This document shows, piece after piece, positions 34,834 through 46,777 of a DNA stretch of 64,000 bases. The notes under the pieces were generated by a model, which was not told the DNA's origin, did no database searches, and was given only the letters and a program-made list of their open reading frames with translations. A program made the translations under genes and the position numbers. The stretch is from Anthoceros angustus (lineage: Eukaryota; Plantae; Anthocerotophyta): the NCBI GenBank assembly GCA_010909165.1, contig MU008161.1, positions 1,550,001-1,614,000 on the forward strand. The letters run 5' to 3'. Each line of letters starts with the position of its first letter. Position 1 is the stretch's first letter.

Positions 34834-37800
34834 ATGGTCACTCAGAACATGGAGGGCAAGAATTGGAGGTTTTGGCCAAAGTGGGATCGATGGATATGCC
34901 TGTCGGCTTCTATGGTTCTCATGGTAAGGCCGATGGTGCCAATTACGTAGCTCTTCTACGGCAGGTGACATGGTCCTTGCCGGCCGAATCTGAGCTGATC
35001 GTGTGATACGTCCGTTTCCAGGGTTGCAATGGCTTGACCTACACATACGCGATCTACAGTGAGCATTTGAAGCAGAAGCTTCACTATGGTCAGGAGCAGA
35101 TTGACGATATAGGAGCGGCTAAGGATTTTGGGGCAATTTTGGGAGTTCTGTCGGGGATATTGTACAACTTTTATCCACCTTGGGTTACGGTTTCAATTGG
35201 CGGGGTACTCCACTTAATTGGCTATGGCATGGTAGGTCTTCTCCCAGCATATGAACTCATGAGCAGCTCTCGTGGTGCGTGTGTCACATCTGTGCTGACC
35301 AAGATGATTGCGTAATTGTCGAATTCAGGTCTACTTGACGCTCATGGGCAAAGTCTCATCATCATTGTGGATGGTATGTCTGCCTTGTCTCGGAAATTCG
35401 GTTCTGGATTATGCCGGAATGCTATTGAAGTTTTAGGATGTTGCTCTTATTAATTTGTCTGTGTGGTTGCCTGGGAAAGGTAGCTGTGTTTGTATTCTGC
35501 CTTGGGCGTGGGTGGTGATGGCTTTGTTGACACAGCGGCGATCATGACCAGGTACTTGTTTTCTCATCAAATTCCACCTTGGACACTCTTGGGTAGAGAA
35601 TGCGTGAATAATTTGATCCGTTTTGCCAGTGTTCAGAATTTCGATGATCATCCTGGCACGGCCATGGGCATCATCAAGGCCCAAGTGGGAATAAGTGGTG
35701 GAATGTTTGTCGTGGTATTTTGCTCTCTCCCTACCAGCACCTCTCAACTGTACTGAGTGACATGAAGTAGTGTGGAGCTTCTGCCTATGTTATGCTGACA
35801 CTTTCAGATTTCTTGCTTGACCAGATATATGACGCGTTTCTTGAGCCAGATGTGGAGAGATATCTGTTGTTGGTGACCCTTGTTCCATCCATAGCATATT
35901 TTCTCGGGGCATTTCCTACCAGGCCATTTCTGGGTGAAAGTCTTCACCACGACAAGTCCGATGATACTCAACGATTTTCAGTTTCTTATGTAATTTTCTC
36001 CACCAACGTTAAAAAAATTCTACATTCCATGAACATCGACTTGTTCTGAACTAGTAGCGGTATATGCGTGTCTTGCAGGGCTTGACAGTGTTCCTTGGTC
36101 TGTTTCTAATGGTCACATATACAGTCAAGGTAAGCTGAGCTCTTTGACTTAAGCCAAAGTATGATTCTTGTAAGTATACATACTGGAAAAGGCTTTGTCT
36201 TTTCACACACAGTCTTACATGTGAGACTGGTTGCTGGCAACCATGGAATTCTCAGGCAACCTCGAGCCTAGCAGAGCATATGATGGGCCCTGTTGCACTC
36301 GTGATGGTTTTTACTGTCATTGTCTTATACACGGTGCCGGTATGCTTCCTTAACACAAGTACTCAGATTATACTTAAGTTTCTCTATTGTTGTCTTTGGC
36401 TATGCACTGCATGATGTAGCTGTTGCCGGACAGTATCATGTGCCCAGAAACATTTGAATTTTTCTTGTGCTCCTGCTTGTAAACTACTGTGAAATCAAGT
36501 CTGAGACCTTAGCCATCCGGCTTCAAATTCAGGTCGTTTGCAGACCTGTCAGCCTTCTGGAGGGCTTGTTTTCTAGAAAGCCCTCAAGAAAAGCTGAGAG
36601 TTTGGAGCTTGACACCGATCCAGAAAACAGGGTGGGCAGCAGCAAGATGATTGAAATTCAACCTTTGGTCCTTTCTGAAAAAGCTCGTTCTTTTGATGAG
36701 GATCTCGGATCCGAGGATGACCATGAAGCTCTGCTGGCAACCATGTCTTTATCTGAGCTATCACCGCACTTCGAGAAGATTGTTGAGCCAACGCTGTGGG
36801 AATCTCTTACAGGCCTGGACTTTTGGTATGTGGCAGTTGCTTGTGATTCTGCTTGTTATTATGCTAGCTGTCCCATGGACTGACTATGAACACTGCTTCT
36901 CCTCTGTTGTCTGACTTTTGCATCTAGGCTCGTAACATTTGTGGTGATGGTGGGAGGAGGGACTGGACTCGCTATTATTAATAACTTCGCGCAGGTGAGA
37001 AGTCAAAATCCAGCTCGAGTTTACTCTACATGCCTGAGCGTATTCTAAGTCTATTTTGGAGTTTGTCATAGGAACCACACTAAGAAGGGCAGCGCCTGCA
37101 GGCAGGGTGGTTGTTGTTTGAAATCTGCTGAGGGCATTATTTGTTGGCAGAGGAAAGTAATGGCATCCATTGCACTGTTTCTTTGGTGGTTCTAATGAAA
37201 CTTGCTGATGACATTGGTGGGATGTCCAGATTGGGAAGTCATTAGGTACTGATGGCGTGGACCTGTATGTGGGACTGATCAGCATTTGGAGCTGTTTCGG
37301 ACGTCTTCTAGCCGGGTACACCTTACCCTCTGCATGCCTTCCAGTAGGAACAATAGAGACACGTAAAGTAGTTCTGATCCTATCCACCCTTAGTCGTGTT
37401 TACAGTTTTGGATCGGACTACCTACTCGGAAGAGGTTATCCAAGGCCGTTCTGTCTCTTCATCTCCCAAATGATCATGACAGTCAACTGCATACTACTAG
37501 CTACTGGAGGTACCTGAGCACTACCACCCCTCTGTGTCCAATATTTGTCTTTGTTAAGACCCTTTTCGAACATAATTTGGGCCCTTCCTGTCGTGCCAGG
37601 AGCGGAAAGTTTATACCTGGGATCAGCCTTGGTAGGATTGTCTTACGGTTCCTATTGGAGTCTTACTCCCCCAATAACCTCAGAAATCTTCGGATTGCGG
37701 CATTTCACGTCCCTCTACAAGATCATGACGTAAGTGACCTGCCTGCTTCTTGCTATGTGTCATGCGTTGAGAGCCGGCTGACCATGAAAAGGTGATTGCA

Positions 37801-38054
37801 GGTTTAGCTCTCCTGTAGGAGCCTACCTTTTATCTGCTAAAGTAGTAGGTAGCCTTTACGACAAGGAAGCCAGCGTGTACCAGGCATCCATGATTGGCAA
37901 ACCTGGGTTTGATCTTGGAGAAAACAACTGCATGGGACCCCGGTGCTTCAGCGGGGCGTTAGTCTTTCTGGCTGCAGCCAGTTTCACGGGCGCTCTTGCT
38001 AGTCTCTGGTTCACTTCCCGAACCAAGAAATTCTATTCTAACCAAAGACACTAA
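34834..38054 (+). CDS. Nodulin-like/NFD4-like MFS transporter (multi-exon), copy 2
   Basis: Exon 1 (ATG 34834 or 34849) ..WDRWICLSASMVLM ends 34923; exon 2 from 35022 GCNGLTYTYAIYSEHLK..AAKDFG; later GTAMGIIKAQVGISGGMF, LISIWSCFGRLLAGY, GLSYGSYWSLTPPITSEIFGLRHF; stop TAA at 38052-38054. Confidence 0.85.
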
Positions 38055-38072
38055 ATAACATGGAAGGAAGCC

Positions 38073-38492
38073 TCATTCCCTTTTGGCAGATGTCCCAGCG
38101 GAGAGATTTTCAAACAGGATCTGCACCTCCTTCAACCCTGCACGAGGTGATGCCCGTTGAGTCAGGAATTGGGATAGCATTTGGAGGCCCTGATTCGTGG
38201 TCTCCTGCTGTATCTTAAACGCCTCTATTCTCTGCTCCAGGTCCCGGACCAGGATGACAAGTTTTTCCATTTCCAACCTTTCCTGGGTTCCTTGTGTTCG
38301 AATGGTTGCAATTTCGGACATAGTCTCGTCTAGTTTCCCAGATATATGGTCCAGCCGAGAGCGGAGATCTTTGCCGGCGTCTACCAGTACATCGTGTACG
38401 TGTGCGAATTCATCCGTGAAAGCATCGTAAACCTGACTTAGTTCGACGTCCTCGTCTTGTCCTTCTTCGGAGCCGCTGGCAACAGAGTCCAT
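38073..38492 (-). CDS. Uncharacterised small coiled-coil protein, 139 aa
   Basis: ATG-initiated ORF with acidic N-terminus and heptad-like LRSRLDHISGKLDETMSEI..LVRDLEQRIEAFKIQQE. No family recognised. Confidence 0.55.
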   Translation of the reverse strand: MDSVASGSEEGQDEDVELSQVYDAFTDEFAHVHDVLVDAGKDLRSRLDHISGKLDETMSEIATIRTQGTQERLEMEKLVILVRDLEQRIEAFKIQQETTNQGLQMLSQFLTQRASPRAGLKEVQILFENLSAGTSAKRE

Positions 38493-38643
38493 CGTGTTTT
38501 TCTTCTGCTGTGCGAATCCAAAACGACAGGTGCGAATGCTTGAATGACTCTGAGCACATCCTGCCGCTGCGCCGCTTCGCCCCCCGTTGGTGCGGAACGG
38601 AGCCCGTTGGACTTCATCTCTCCCGTTGGCCGGTGGTTGTTAT

Positions 38644-38655
38644 TAGGGTTGGGCC
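38644..38655. promoter_or_regulatory. Overlapping telo-box-like (TAGGGTT) and site II (TGGGCC) elements
   Basis: TATTAGGGTTGGGCC lies ~90 bp upstream of the RBM34-like ATG; this is the classic motif pair for ribosome-biogenesis genes. Confidence 0.45.
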
Positions 38656-38739
38656 TGCGGTACACCTTTTGCGGTTCTGCCTGTTCGGATCTTGTTGGGA
38701 TCGAAGTTTCCCCATTGCACTGCGGCGCCCCATGTGGCA

Positions 38740-40949
38740 ATGACGACCGGAGGAGCGGAGGGTGAGAAAGATTTGTTCGGGGCTTCCTCTTCTGGAGGCT
38801 TATCCATATTTGTGAACAATCCGTATCAAAGGCGGGCTGATCCGGTGGAGCCGACGGAGGCTCCTCCTGCTGAGGAGAAGAGGAGGATCAGGAAGAAGAG
38901 GCTGAGCAGCGAGAGTGGTGCAGAAGGCAGGGAGGCGTTCGGGGATAGTGCTAGGAAGTACAGGAAGCTTGAAGAAATTCCGCAGTTGGCCCACAAGGAT
39001 AGTGTAACCCCTGCTGAAGCCGGGGATGCACAGGCAGGAAAGGGTGACGTTAGGAGACGGAAAAGGAAGGTGGCAGAGAAGGGGGAGGAGGGCGGGGTAG
39101 GGGTAGACGTAGGGGCGAAGACGGGTAGTAATATTGTGGGTGATGAAGGAGTCGTCGAGAAGAAGAGTAAGAAGAAGAAGAAACGGAAGCAGGAAGATGG
39201 GAAGGAGCAATTAAACGAGGGTGGGCCGATAGGGGGGGAAGGGTTATCGAATGGCCAAAATGTGGAGAGTGCAGAAGCTGTCGGCGAGGAGAAGAAAGCA
39301 GGTGGGAAGACACGCCGTGCTGGTTCCAAAGGGGCGGTGCAGGTGGAGAAGGAAGAGGATTTCGGTGAGGAGGCTGCAGTCGCTGGCGGGAATGTGGAGG
39401 CTGCTAGTCCAGGAAAGCGAAAGCGAGGTGAGAGTGATGAACTCGTCGTGAAGAAGAAGGCGAGAGCAAGCGCTGAAGAGGAACAGGAACGATTGCTTCG
39501 CACAATTTTTGTTGGGAATTTGCCGACCACTGTGAAAAAGAGGGATCTGATTACAGAGTTCTCCCAGTTCGGAGCAATTGAGTCGGCGCGGTTACGGAGT
39601 GTTCCGTTAGTTGATGTAAGTTTGCGTTGTGTGAGCAGGGTGTGATTGATTTGCAAGGGATGTTGCACTTGCTTACTGAGGGTTTGTCCGTGTCCTGCGA
39701 TCACCAGACGAAACTCCCCAGAAGGGCTGGTGTCATTACCGGGAAACTGAACGAGCAACGAAGCAGGTATGTGGCACAGCTGAGCGTCGTGGCCGAGTTG
39801 TGGCAGTGGGATGGTGTGACTGATATTCATGTTCCCTATTTGCCTGCAGCCTCAACGCCTATGTCGTATTTACCTCGCAGGAAAGTGCAACGGCTGCACT
39901 GGTTCACAACATGAAAGAGGTATGTACGGTCTAGAACTGGTGCGGCCTTGCATTGCTGCATGCCCCCTGTCTCCTTTATCTCAGGAGCGTTTCTCGGCAA
40001 CTTGGAATGTGTCTGCAGTTTCAGGGTAAACACATTCGTGTGGATATGGCTTCGGCTCCAAGCAAAGCAGGAAGCAACTCTGTTACGTATGACAAGACTC
40101 GAAGCCTTTTTGTTGGGAATCTCCCATTCGATGTAGAGGTATGCATGCCTGCTTCCCTCTCATGTCACTCGTGGTGTTTACGATGCTTTCAACTCTTTTT
40201 TGAATTTGCTGGCAAGTTTGATCCCTCATTCCCCACCAACAAATGCTGTCGTCTCCGTCTCAGGACGAGGAATTGATAGCTGTATTTGCTGGACCCGAGA
40301 GTGAACTAGAGGGCGTCAGAATAGTTCGAGATCCCAAAACCAGCATTGGCAAAGGGTTTGCCTTCGTCCTCTTCAAAACAAAGGTAAGTCACATCCGATG
40401 CTGGCCCTGGCCCTGGTAATGGTCCTGTCCCACTTTCCTTACTCTCAGTGGCTTTGCTAACCATAGCGACGCGTACTCCTCCTGCAGGAGGCTGCCAGTC
40501 GAGCCCTTTCCAAGCGATCTGTAACCTTGAGAGATCGCAAGTTGCGTATTTACAGGCTGGGCAATTCCCATCAGATAGAGAAACAGAGGCAACATAACGA
40601 GCATAGGAAGAGCGCCTTGAAGAGGTCCTGGGAATCGAGTCGTGCTAGTGGGGACGAGCCTGCCTCAAAGAACCCTAGGGGACCTTTTCCATATGAAGGT
40701 GTGCGAGCAGGCAAACAGAAGGGGGGCAGGCCGGGAAAGCGGAACTCCGGGGTTGCCAAACCAGCGGCATCGAAGGGTGTGAAAAGGCGAGGAGATAATT
40801 CAGCCGAGCCCCCGAGGAAGAAGCGACCAGCTGTCCTGGCCCGGAAGGCGGCAGCATTGGGCAAGCCTGGAGGAGGGCAGCAGCCTTCTGTAGGAAAGAA
40901 ACGCAAAAGAGTCGAGAAGCCCAGTAAGGGCCGCAAGAAACAGAAGTAG
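38740..40949 (+). CDS. RBM34: RBM34/NOP12-like nucleolar RNA-binding protein (2 RRMs), multi-exon
   Basis: Lys/Glu-rich N-terminus; RLLRTIFVGNLP..FSQFGAIESARLRSVP; HIRVDMA; SLFVGNLPFDVE; VRIVRDPKTSIGKGFAFVLF; RKLRIYR; PYEGVRA; basic tail KGRKKQK*. Confidence 0.85.
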
Positions 40950-41977
40950 GTCGAACTGTAGTGACATCAAGAGCAGTCTCGTCGCCGCGAATTGGATTCC
41001 AAAGGCAGCTGTCGTGAAGGTTGTGAGCTGCTAGCCTTCTAGTGTACACTACCTAATGACCCACTGAGGATGATATACTCAATTCCTCGCTTTAAATTAT
41101 GTCTGAGCATACCTATTGTTTTCAATGATAAATACAGTACCCAATGGCCACAACAGTGTGAAGGAGTGCAGGTAACATCCACGTATGCAGCGGATGATAC
41201 GTGGGCCGGCCTGTCCCCCCTGGTCCGAGTTGGCAAGACGAAGGACAAAACGAAGCTGCTGGGCTTGATGCTCGCGGGTCTTCTAGACTATTTGTAGGCT
41301 GAGCATGCTCCTTCGTCTTCTCGGGGCTCCGGGGGCTGGACTAGTTAGAAGTTGAACTATCACGTTCGAAGGCACACGAGTCGCAGAGTCGCAGCTCACC
41401 CGCTTCCTGTTGCGTTCAATTGTCCGCTTCACTAAGTGGTGTCTCTCCTACGCCAAGGCGCTTGTAGGGATTGGGAGGCATCAGACGTGCTTGCAGGTCT
41501 GCTGCTCTTCTTCATGAAGGAAGCGTTTTGCTTGTCGCTCTCTACCCGTGTTGGTGGGGAAGCGGTCTTACCATGCATTAGATGTAACCTTCGAGGGAAT
41601 TTTTGAGTTTGTTTGCATGCAGCGCCAGCTCTTGCATTGCATTCTGTTTTTACACCAAGCTCCGGTGCTCCTGATGTCTCAACGGAGAATTCATGTCTCG
41701 GACCAGTCGGTGTAGCTTGCTTCCAGGTGTTGCAGTGTATAGTCCTGTGCTTAGTTCGTGGCAGTGGTTCTGCGTTTTGTTTGATGAGGCTAGGTTGTTG
41801 TCAATTCTTGCGGAGAGTAGAGGTGATCTTCCGCATAATGTTCGGGCACTCTACTGGCCTGAGTGTTTGGACTGGTTCAAGGTGAAAATTCTCAATGCTT
41901 ATTTAGTTTTATGACGGTCCTTTCGGTTGCAGGATTCCGATTTTAACATTGTGCTGACAGTCGGGGCTAGACCGAGC

Positions 41978-43844
41978 ATGGCAGCCTCTCTCCGGAGCCT
42001 TTACGCCGCCCCTGGCCATGTAGGTCAGGTGAATGCTGTCGCGGATAGTTTTGTAGGCTTGAGGCGGGTTGCCAGCGCCAAGTCATCTGGAAAGATCCAC
42101 TTGGCTGTTACTTCTGCTTTTCCAAGGTAGTGAAATCTGTCCCGTACATTCGGGAAGGTAATAGGTCTATGATTTGGAGTTGATGTGATTTAGGGACGGT
42201 AGAGGAGAAATCGTGGATTGATTGCCTTCGTGTGGTGATTCTCCGCAGTGTGAGGTGTATGGTGCTTGAAACTCAAAAGCAGTCAGCAAAGAAAACGCTT
42301 TTGCATGAACTGTACGAGCAGCAGAAGCAGAGTCCCTGGTATGACAATCTTAGCAGGCCAGTAACCAGTCTCCAACCATTCATCGAGAACGGTATTCGGG
42401 GGGTGACGAGTAATCCAACGGTATCCTTACTTTTATTGTTACTGGGTCATACTCAAGAGGGGATAGATGTCCTGGTTGAAGCTGAATCAATGCTCCTGTG
42501 ACTGTGGTTGCAGATATTCCAAAAGGCTATATCATCCTCGAGTGCCTATGACGATCAGTTCAGGTGGCTGATTCTGCTTCCATGTTGTGAAGTATTAATA
42601 GTCTTTGGCTGAAGGTTGTAGGTGCTGCTAGCTGAGCAACTTGTTTACAACTGCAGACAGCTGATACGTGAGGGTCGGAGCATTGAAGAAGCCTACTGGG
42701 GTTTGGTTGTGAAAGACATCCAAGATGCTTCTGAACTGTTTCGTCCGATCTATGATGAGAGTAAGGGTGAAGATGGTTTCATATCTGTGGAAGTCTCACC
42801 AAGACTTGCCAATGAGACAGAAGAAACAATAGCGGCAGCTAAGTCTCTGCACAAGTTGGTGAATCGACCGAATGTGTACATCAAGATCCCAGCCACTGCA
42901 GAGTGTGTTCCCTCCATCAAAAGCGTCATCTCATACGGCATTAGTGTGAATGTCACTGTAAGTTGCTCTTGCCATCAGGTGTTGCCTGCATTGTGGATCC
43001 ATGACCATGCCCTTAGCTGACTATTGCAAGTTGCCTACCAGCTCATTTTCTCCTTACCAAGGTACGAGGCGGTGATAGATGCTTATCTGGAAGGACTTGA
43101 AGCTTCGAGCCTGTCCGACTTGTCTGGCATCTCAAGCGTGGCTTCATTCTTTGTGAGCCGTGTTGACACATTAGTTGATAAGAAGCTGCAGCAGATTGGG
43201 ACAGCAGAAGCTCTTGCTCTTCAAGGAAAAGTAAGATGCGAATTACCTGCTACACAGAGGCCTTCTTTCCTTACTGCACTGCTCAGTAACATCGTCTGAT
43301 ACGACCCATCTGTCTGATTGCTGATCACAGGCTGCCCTTGCACAAGCTGCATTGGCTTACAAACTATATGAGACAAAGTTCTCAGGGCCTCGGTGGCAGG
43401 CCCTGGAAAAGCGAGGGGCAAGGAAGCAGAGATTGCTGTGGGCGTCCACAGGAGTTAAAAACCCGGCATACCCCGATACTCTCTACACCTCCCCCTTGAT
43501 CGGTCCTGACACTGTAAGTTAGCAACATGTAGCCTGCCAACTGACTCCTGGATGCATGTCTGAGCAGTTTGAAGATAACGGGGGATGCTTGCCTGTGCCG
43601 GCTGTAGGTAAACACAATGCCGGATAATGCAGTTCAAGCTTTCTTGGATCACGGTTCAGTTGCAAGAACCATCGACAGCAATCTAGAGGAAGCTGAAGCA
43701 GTGTATAAGAAAATTGAGGAATTGGGCATCCTGTGGTCCGACGTGAGCTCGCAGCTGGAGGTAGAGGGTGTGGACTCTTTCAAAAAGAGCTTTGACGACC
43801 TGCTGGTGAGCTTGGAGAAGAAGGCCGGTGCACTCAACTTATGA
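41978..43844 (+). CDS. TAL: Plastid transaldolase, multi-exon
   Basis: Transit peptide; [11 protein letters not shown]; [10 protein letters not shown]; [10 protein letters not shown]; [10 protein letters not shown]; ISVNVTLIFS; [10 protein letters not shown]; [13 protein letters not shown]. Confidence 0.92.
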
Positions 43845-44622
43845 GTGAGCTGGTGGTTAGTAGGTAGTGCAGACTCAACAGACTATGAAAGCGCCATGTC
43901 ATTGAGAGATGCATGTGACTGTGTGCATACCGTAGGCCTGGATGGGAGCTGTCCGTTGTTGGCCGCTCCCAACACAACTCCTTATAAGAGCGCTCTATGT
44001 ATGGCGTTCACGTACCTATATAATAGAAGCAGCCGAAGCTGGGCCCGACCTTGGTCAGGCATCCTCGGATGGGGTTTCATGTTATTACTTCCGAGTCCCC
44101 AGTACCCATGCAGTTCTCTCTCTGTTCCTCCTCTTCTCTCCTCTTCTTTCTGTGCTCTGTTGTGGGCCTCTCTTTTCCCTTTCCCTTGCCTTGCTCTCCC
44201 TTTCCCTTGCGCTTTGTCGTCGCAGCGCAAGCCTAGCGTAGCGCCTCTGCCTTGCTCCTTTTCACGGCTGTGCGCCGCCCTGGGTCCCTTGTGCGTGCTG
44301 CAGCATGGTGGATGCCATGTGGGCCTCCAGAATTGTGCATCCCCCCCTCCTGAGCATAGGGGCTCATCCCTGCCTCGACCCTCGCATGCGTCGCCAATTC
44401 ACGGCCATCCGATGTTGAATTTGTGGCTCCTGCAGCGCCTGGCGAGCAATGGTGCGTTCGCCCTTGTTGTTGTTGCTCTTTGCTGTTGATAAGAAGCCGA
44501 ATTGGCAGGTGCTTGCCCTTGCCCCTGCCTTTGCCCTTGCCCTCGTCTTCGGCCTCGCGTGGAGCCGTGTCTGCGGGTGAGCACAGCCTTTGGGCCTGGG
44601 GGGGAGCCTGGCGTTGCACAGG

Positions 44623-45747
44623 ATGGCCAAGGTTCGGCCAAAGGTGAAGAGAGCCAGGCTTGCCAAGGAGGAGGAGGGGAGGGAACTTATTCCTGCCCTT
44701 CCGGATGACCTGGGCCTGCTGTGTCTGGCTCGCGTGCCGCGATCTCACCACTACGCTCTCAGTGCTGTGTGCCGGAGTTGGAGAGAACTGCTGCAAAGTA
44801 AATATTTTTATGAGGCCAGGAAAAATCTGCTGCTGTCCGAGGAGTGGCTCTACCTTTGGACGCAGGACTCGTGCAATGTGTGGCATGGATTCGACCCCAA
44901 GGCGAATAAGTGGTTTGAGCTGCCTCCTCTGCCGGATGAACACAGGACTGCTCTCAGCTCTGCCTCAGCGGTTGTGGAGGGCAAATTGTTTGTGATTGGG
45001 GGGCAGCTTGACAGCGGCCAAGCCTGCAATTACGTCTCCTACTTCGACGTTCAACATTACCGCTGGAACTTGGCAGCTTCACTCAACATCCCTCGCGCCA
45101 AGTGCATGGCTGGCGTTGTGAATAATCAGCTGTACGTGGTAGGCGGTTCTACCGAGAAGGACTGCCCCGGAGCTACTGCTGAAGTCTACGATCCTGTCAG
45201 TAACAAGTGGAGATTGATTGCAAGCATGAAGGAGCCTATGGAACTTTATGACAGTGCTGTTCTGGGTGGCAAGTTTTATGTCGTGAACTCATCCAGTGAA
45301 AACCTCGTGGGCCTTGTCTATGACCCGCAGCTCGACGAGTGGGTCGACATGGCTAATGGTCTCAACACAGGTTGGCAGTCCAAAACAGCTGCTCTCAACG
45401 GCAAGCTCTATGCTGTGGGTGACTCGCACTCCATTGATGGTAAAAATGAGATCTCCGTATACAATGCCAGCAAGGACTATTGGGAATCCATCAAGGGGGT
45501 TCTGGATGAGAATGCCCCCGTGCTCTCATGGGGTCCAGAGCTCGTCAGCTTGGGTGGGCGTTTGTGCATTGTCGGCACTGCCGGTTTTCAACCCTTGCTT
45601 GGCTCAAGCCGAGCAGCAGTTGCAGTTGTTGAAATTGATGATTCCCCCAAGCCCACTGCTTCTCTCACCTTCTACGATGACATCACCAAGAAAATTCAGT
45701 TTGCTGATCCATTGCCCAGGGGTGCCTGCCAAGTTCTTTCTCTCTAA
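44623..45747 (+). CDS. F-box/kelch-repeat protein, ~374 aa
   Basis: LIPALPDDLGLLCLARVPR..VCRSWRELL F-box; kelch GG/YW motifs (LFVIGG, LYVVGG, AEVYDPVSNKW). The start may extend upstream through a short intron. Confidence 0.92.
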   Translation: MAKVRPKVKRARLAKEEEGRELIPALPDDLGLLCLARVPRSHHYALSAVCRSWRELLQSKYFYEARKNLLLSEEWLYLWTQDSCNVWHGFDPKANKWFELPPLPDEHRTALSSASAVVEGKLFVIGGQLDSGQACNYVSYFDVQHYRWNLAASLNIPRAKCMAGVVNNQLYVVGGSTEKDCPGATAEVYDPVSNKWRLIASMKEPMELYDSAVLGGKFYVVNSSSENLVGLVYDPQLDEWVDMANGLNTGWQSKTAALNGKLYAVGDSHSIDGKNEISVYNASKDYWESIKGVLDENAPVLSWGPELVSLGGRLCIVGTAGFQPLLGSSRAAVAVVEIDDSPKPTASLTFYDDITKKIQFADPLPRGACQVLSL

Positions 45748-46610
45748 TGACGCTCACGTCTGCCAGATTTTATTGCTCAAGATGTGTACATAAGCTCTAC
45801 TATGTAACCTTCACTTTCGAACTCATTCCGGTTATTGAAGACCCATTGGCATACAAGACATACACTGAGCTGTGATGTTTCGTTATTCTTTGCAGCATCT
45901 TCTCCATCTTTGGGTTGCATGGATAGCTCAAGAAAGAGCTGGACCTTAATTTCATTTGTTCCCGCCCGTGACTACTGCTTTGGTTTCGATAGGAGGCCAA
46001 GAGATCCTGGTGCTTTTCATGTCTGTCCAACTTGTTGATGGACTTGTCAGAGCAGAGGTTAGGTGTTTGACAGGCCTCACCATTCGTATCTATCTGGTAG
46101 GGAAGAACGATGTTGTAAGGGGACAGTTACTGGTACCTTGCCCTAGGAAGTAGCACCTTGATTATTTGTGGAAGCCCACTCACGTTCCCTGCAATTGCAG
46201 CATCTTTCCTTCTGGATAAACGTCGTAACTGCTTTTTGCCTATCCCCTTCTTTTCGGGAAAGCACATAGGATGAGTTGGTTTCCAAATTTCGAGTTTGTA
46301 TGACATGCGTCGCTGGAACCCACTATGCCATACCGATAAACTGTCAATGGTTTGCCGAGAACGAAGGAGTTCCTTTTTTAAAGGTTTGATAAAGAATTAT
46401 AATTTTTTCTCGTTTAACTCTTGATATTATTGATATATATACAATTTTAAGGTATACCGTAGAGGCCACCAGGGTTTGGCACCATTGTGCCGAACTCTTC
46501 AATGTTTTCCCAAGGAGTAGTTTAACTGCTCATTTGACGGGTTATTAAATTTTTGAATTAAACAAATAAGTAGATATTATTAATTGATAAATATTCGAAG
46601 GTGACGGATA

Positions 46611-46728
46611 GTAAGGAAAGAATGGATGCCTCATACCTCCTTTCTAGTGTAAGGAAAGAATGGATGCCTCATACCTCCTTTCTAGTGTACAGACCTCTAT
46701 GGTCTATACCCCTCTATGGTCTATACCC
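46611..46728. repeat. Adjacent perfect tandem duplications: 38 bp x2 and 17 bp x2
   Basis: GTAAGGAAAGAATGGATGCCTCATACCTCCTTTCTAGT starts at 46611 and 46649; CCTCTATGGTCTATACC twice at ~46694-46727. Confidence 0.9.
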
Positions 46729-46777
46729 GACTGCAGAGCACCTCCCTAATATGGATTGCGTAGACATCTTTGCAAAG

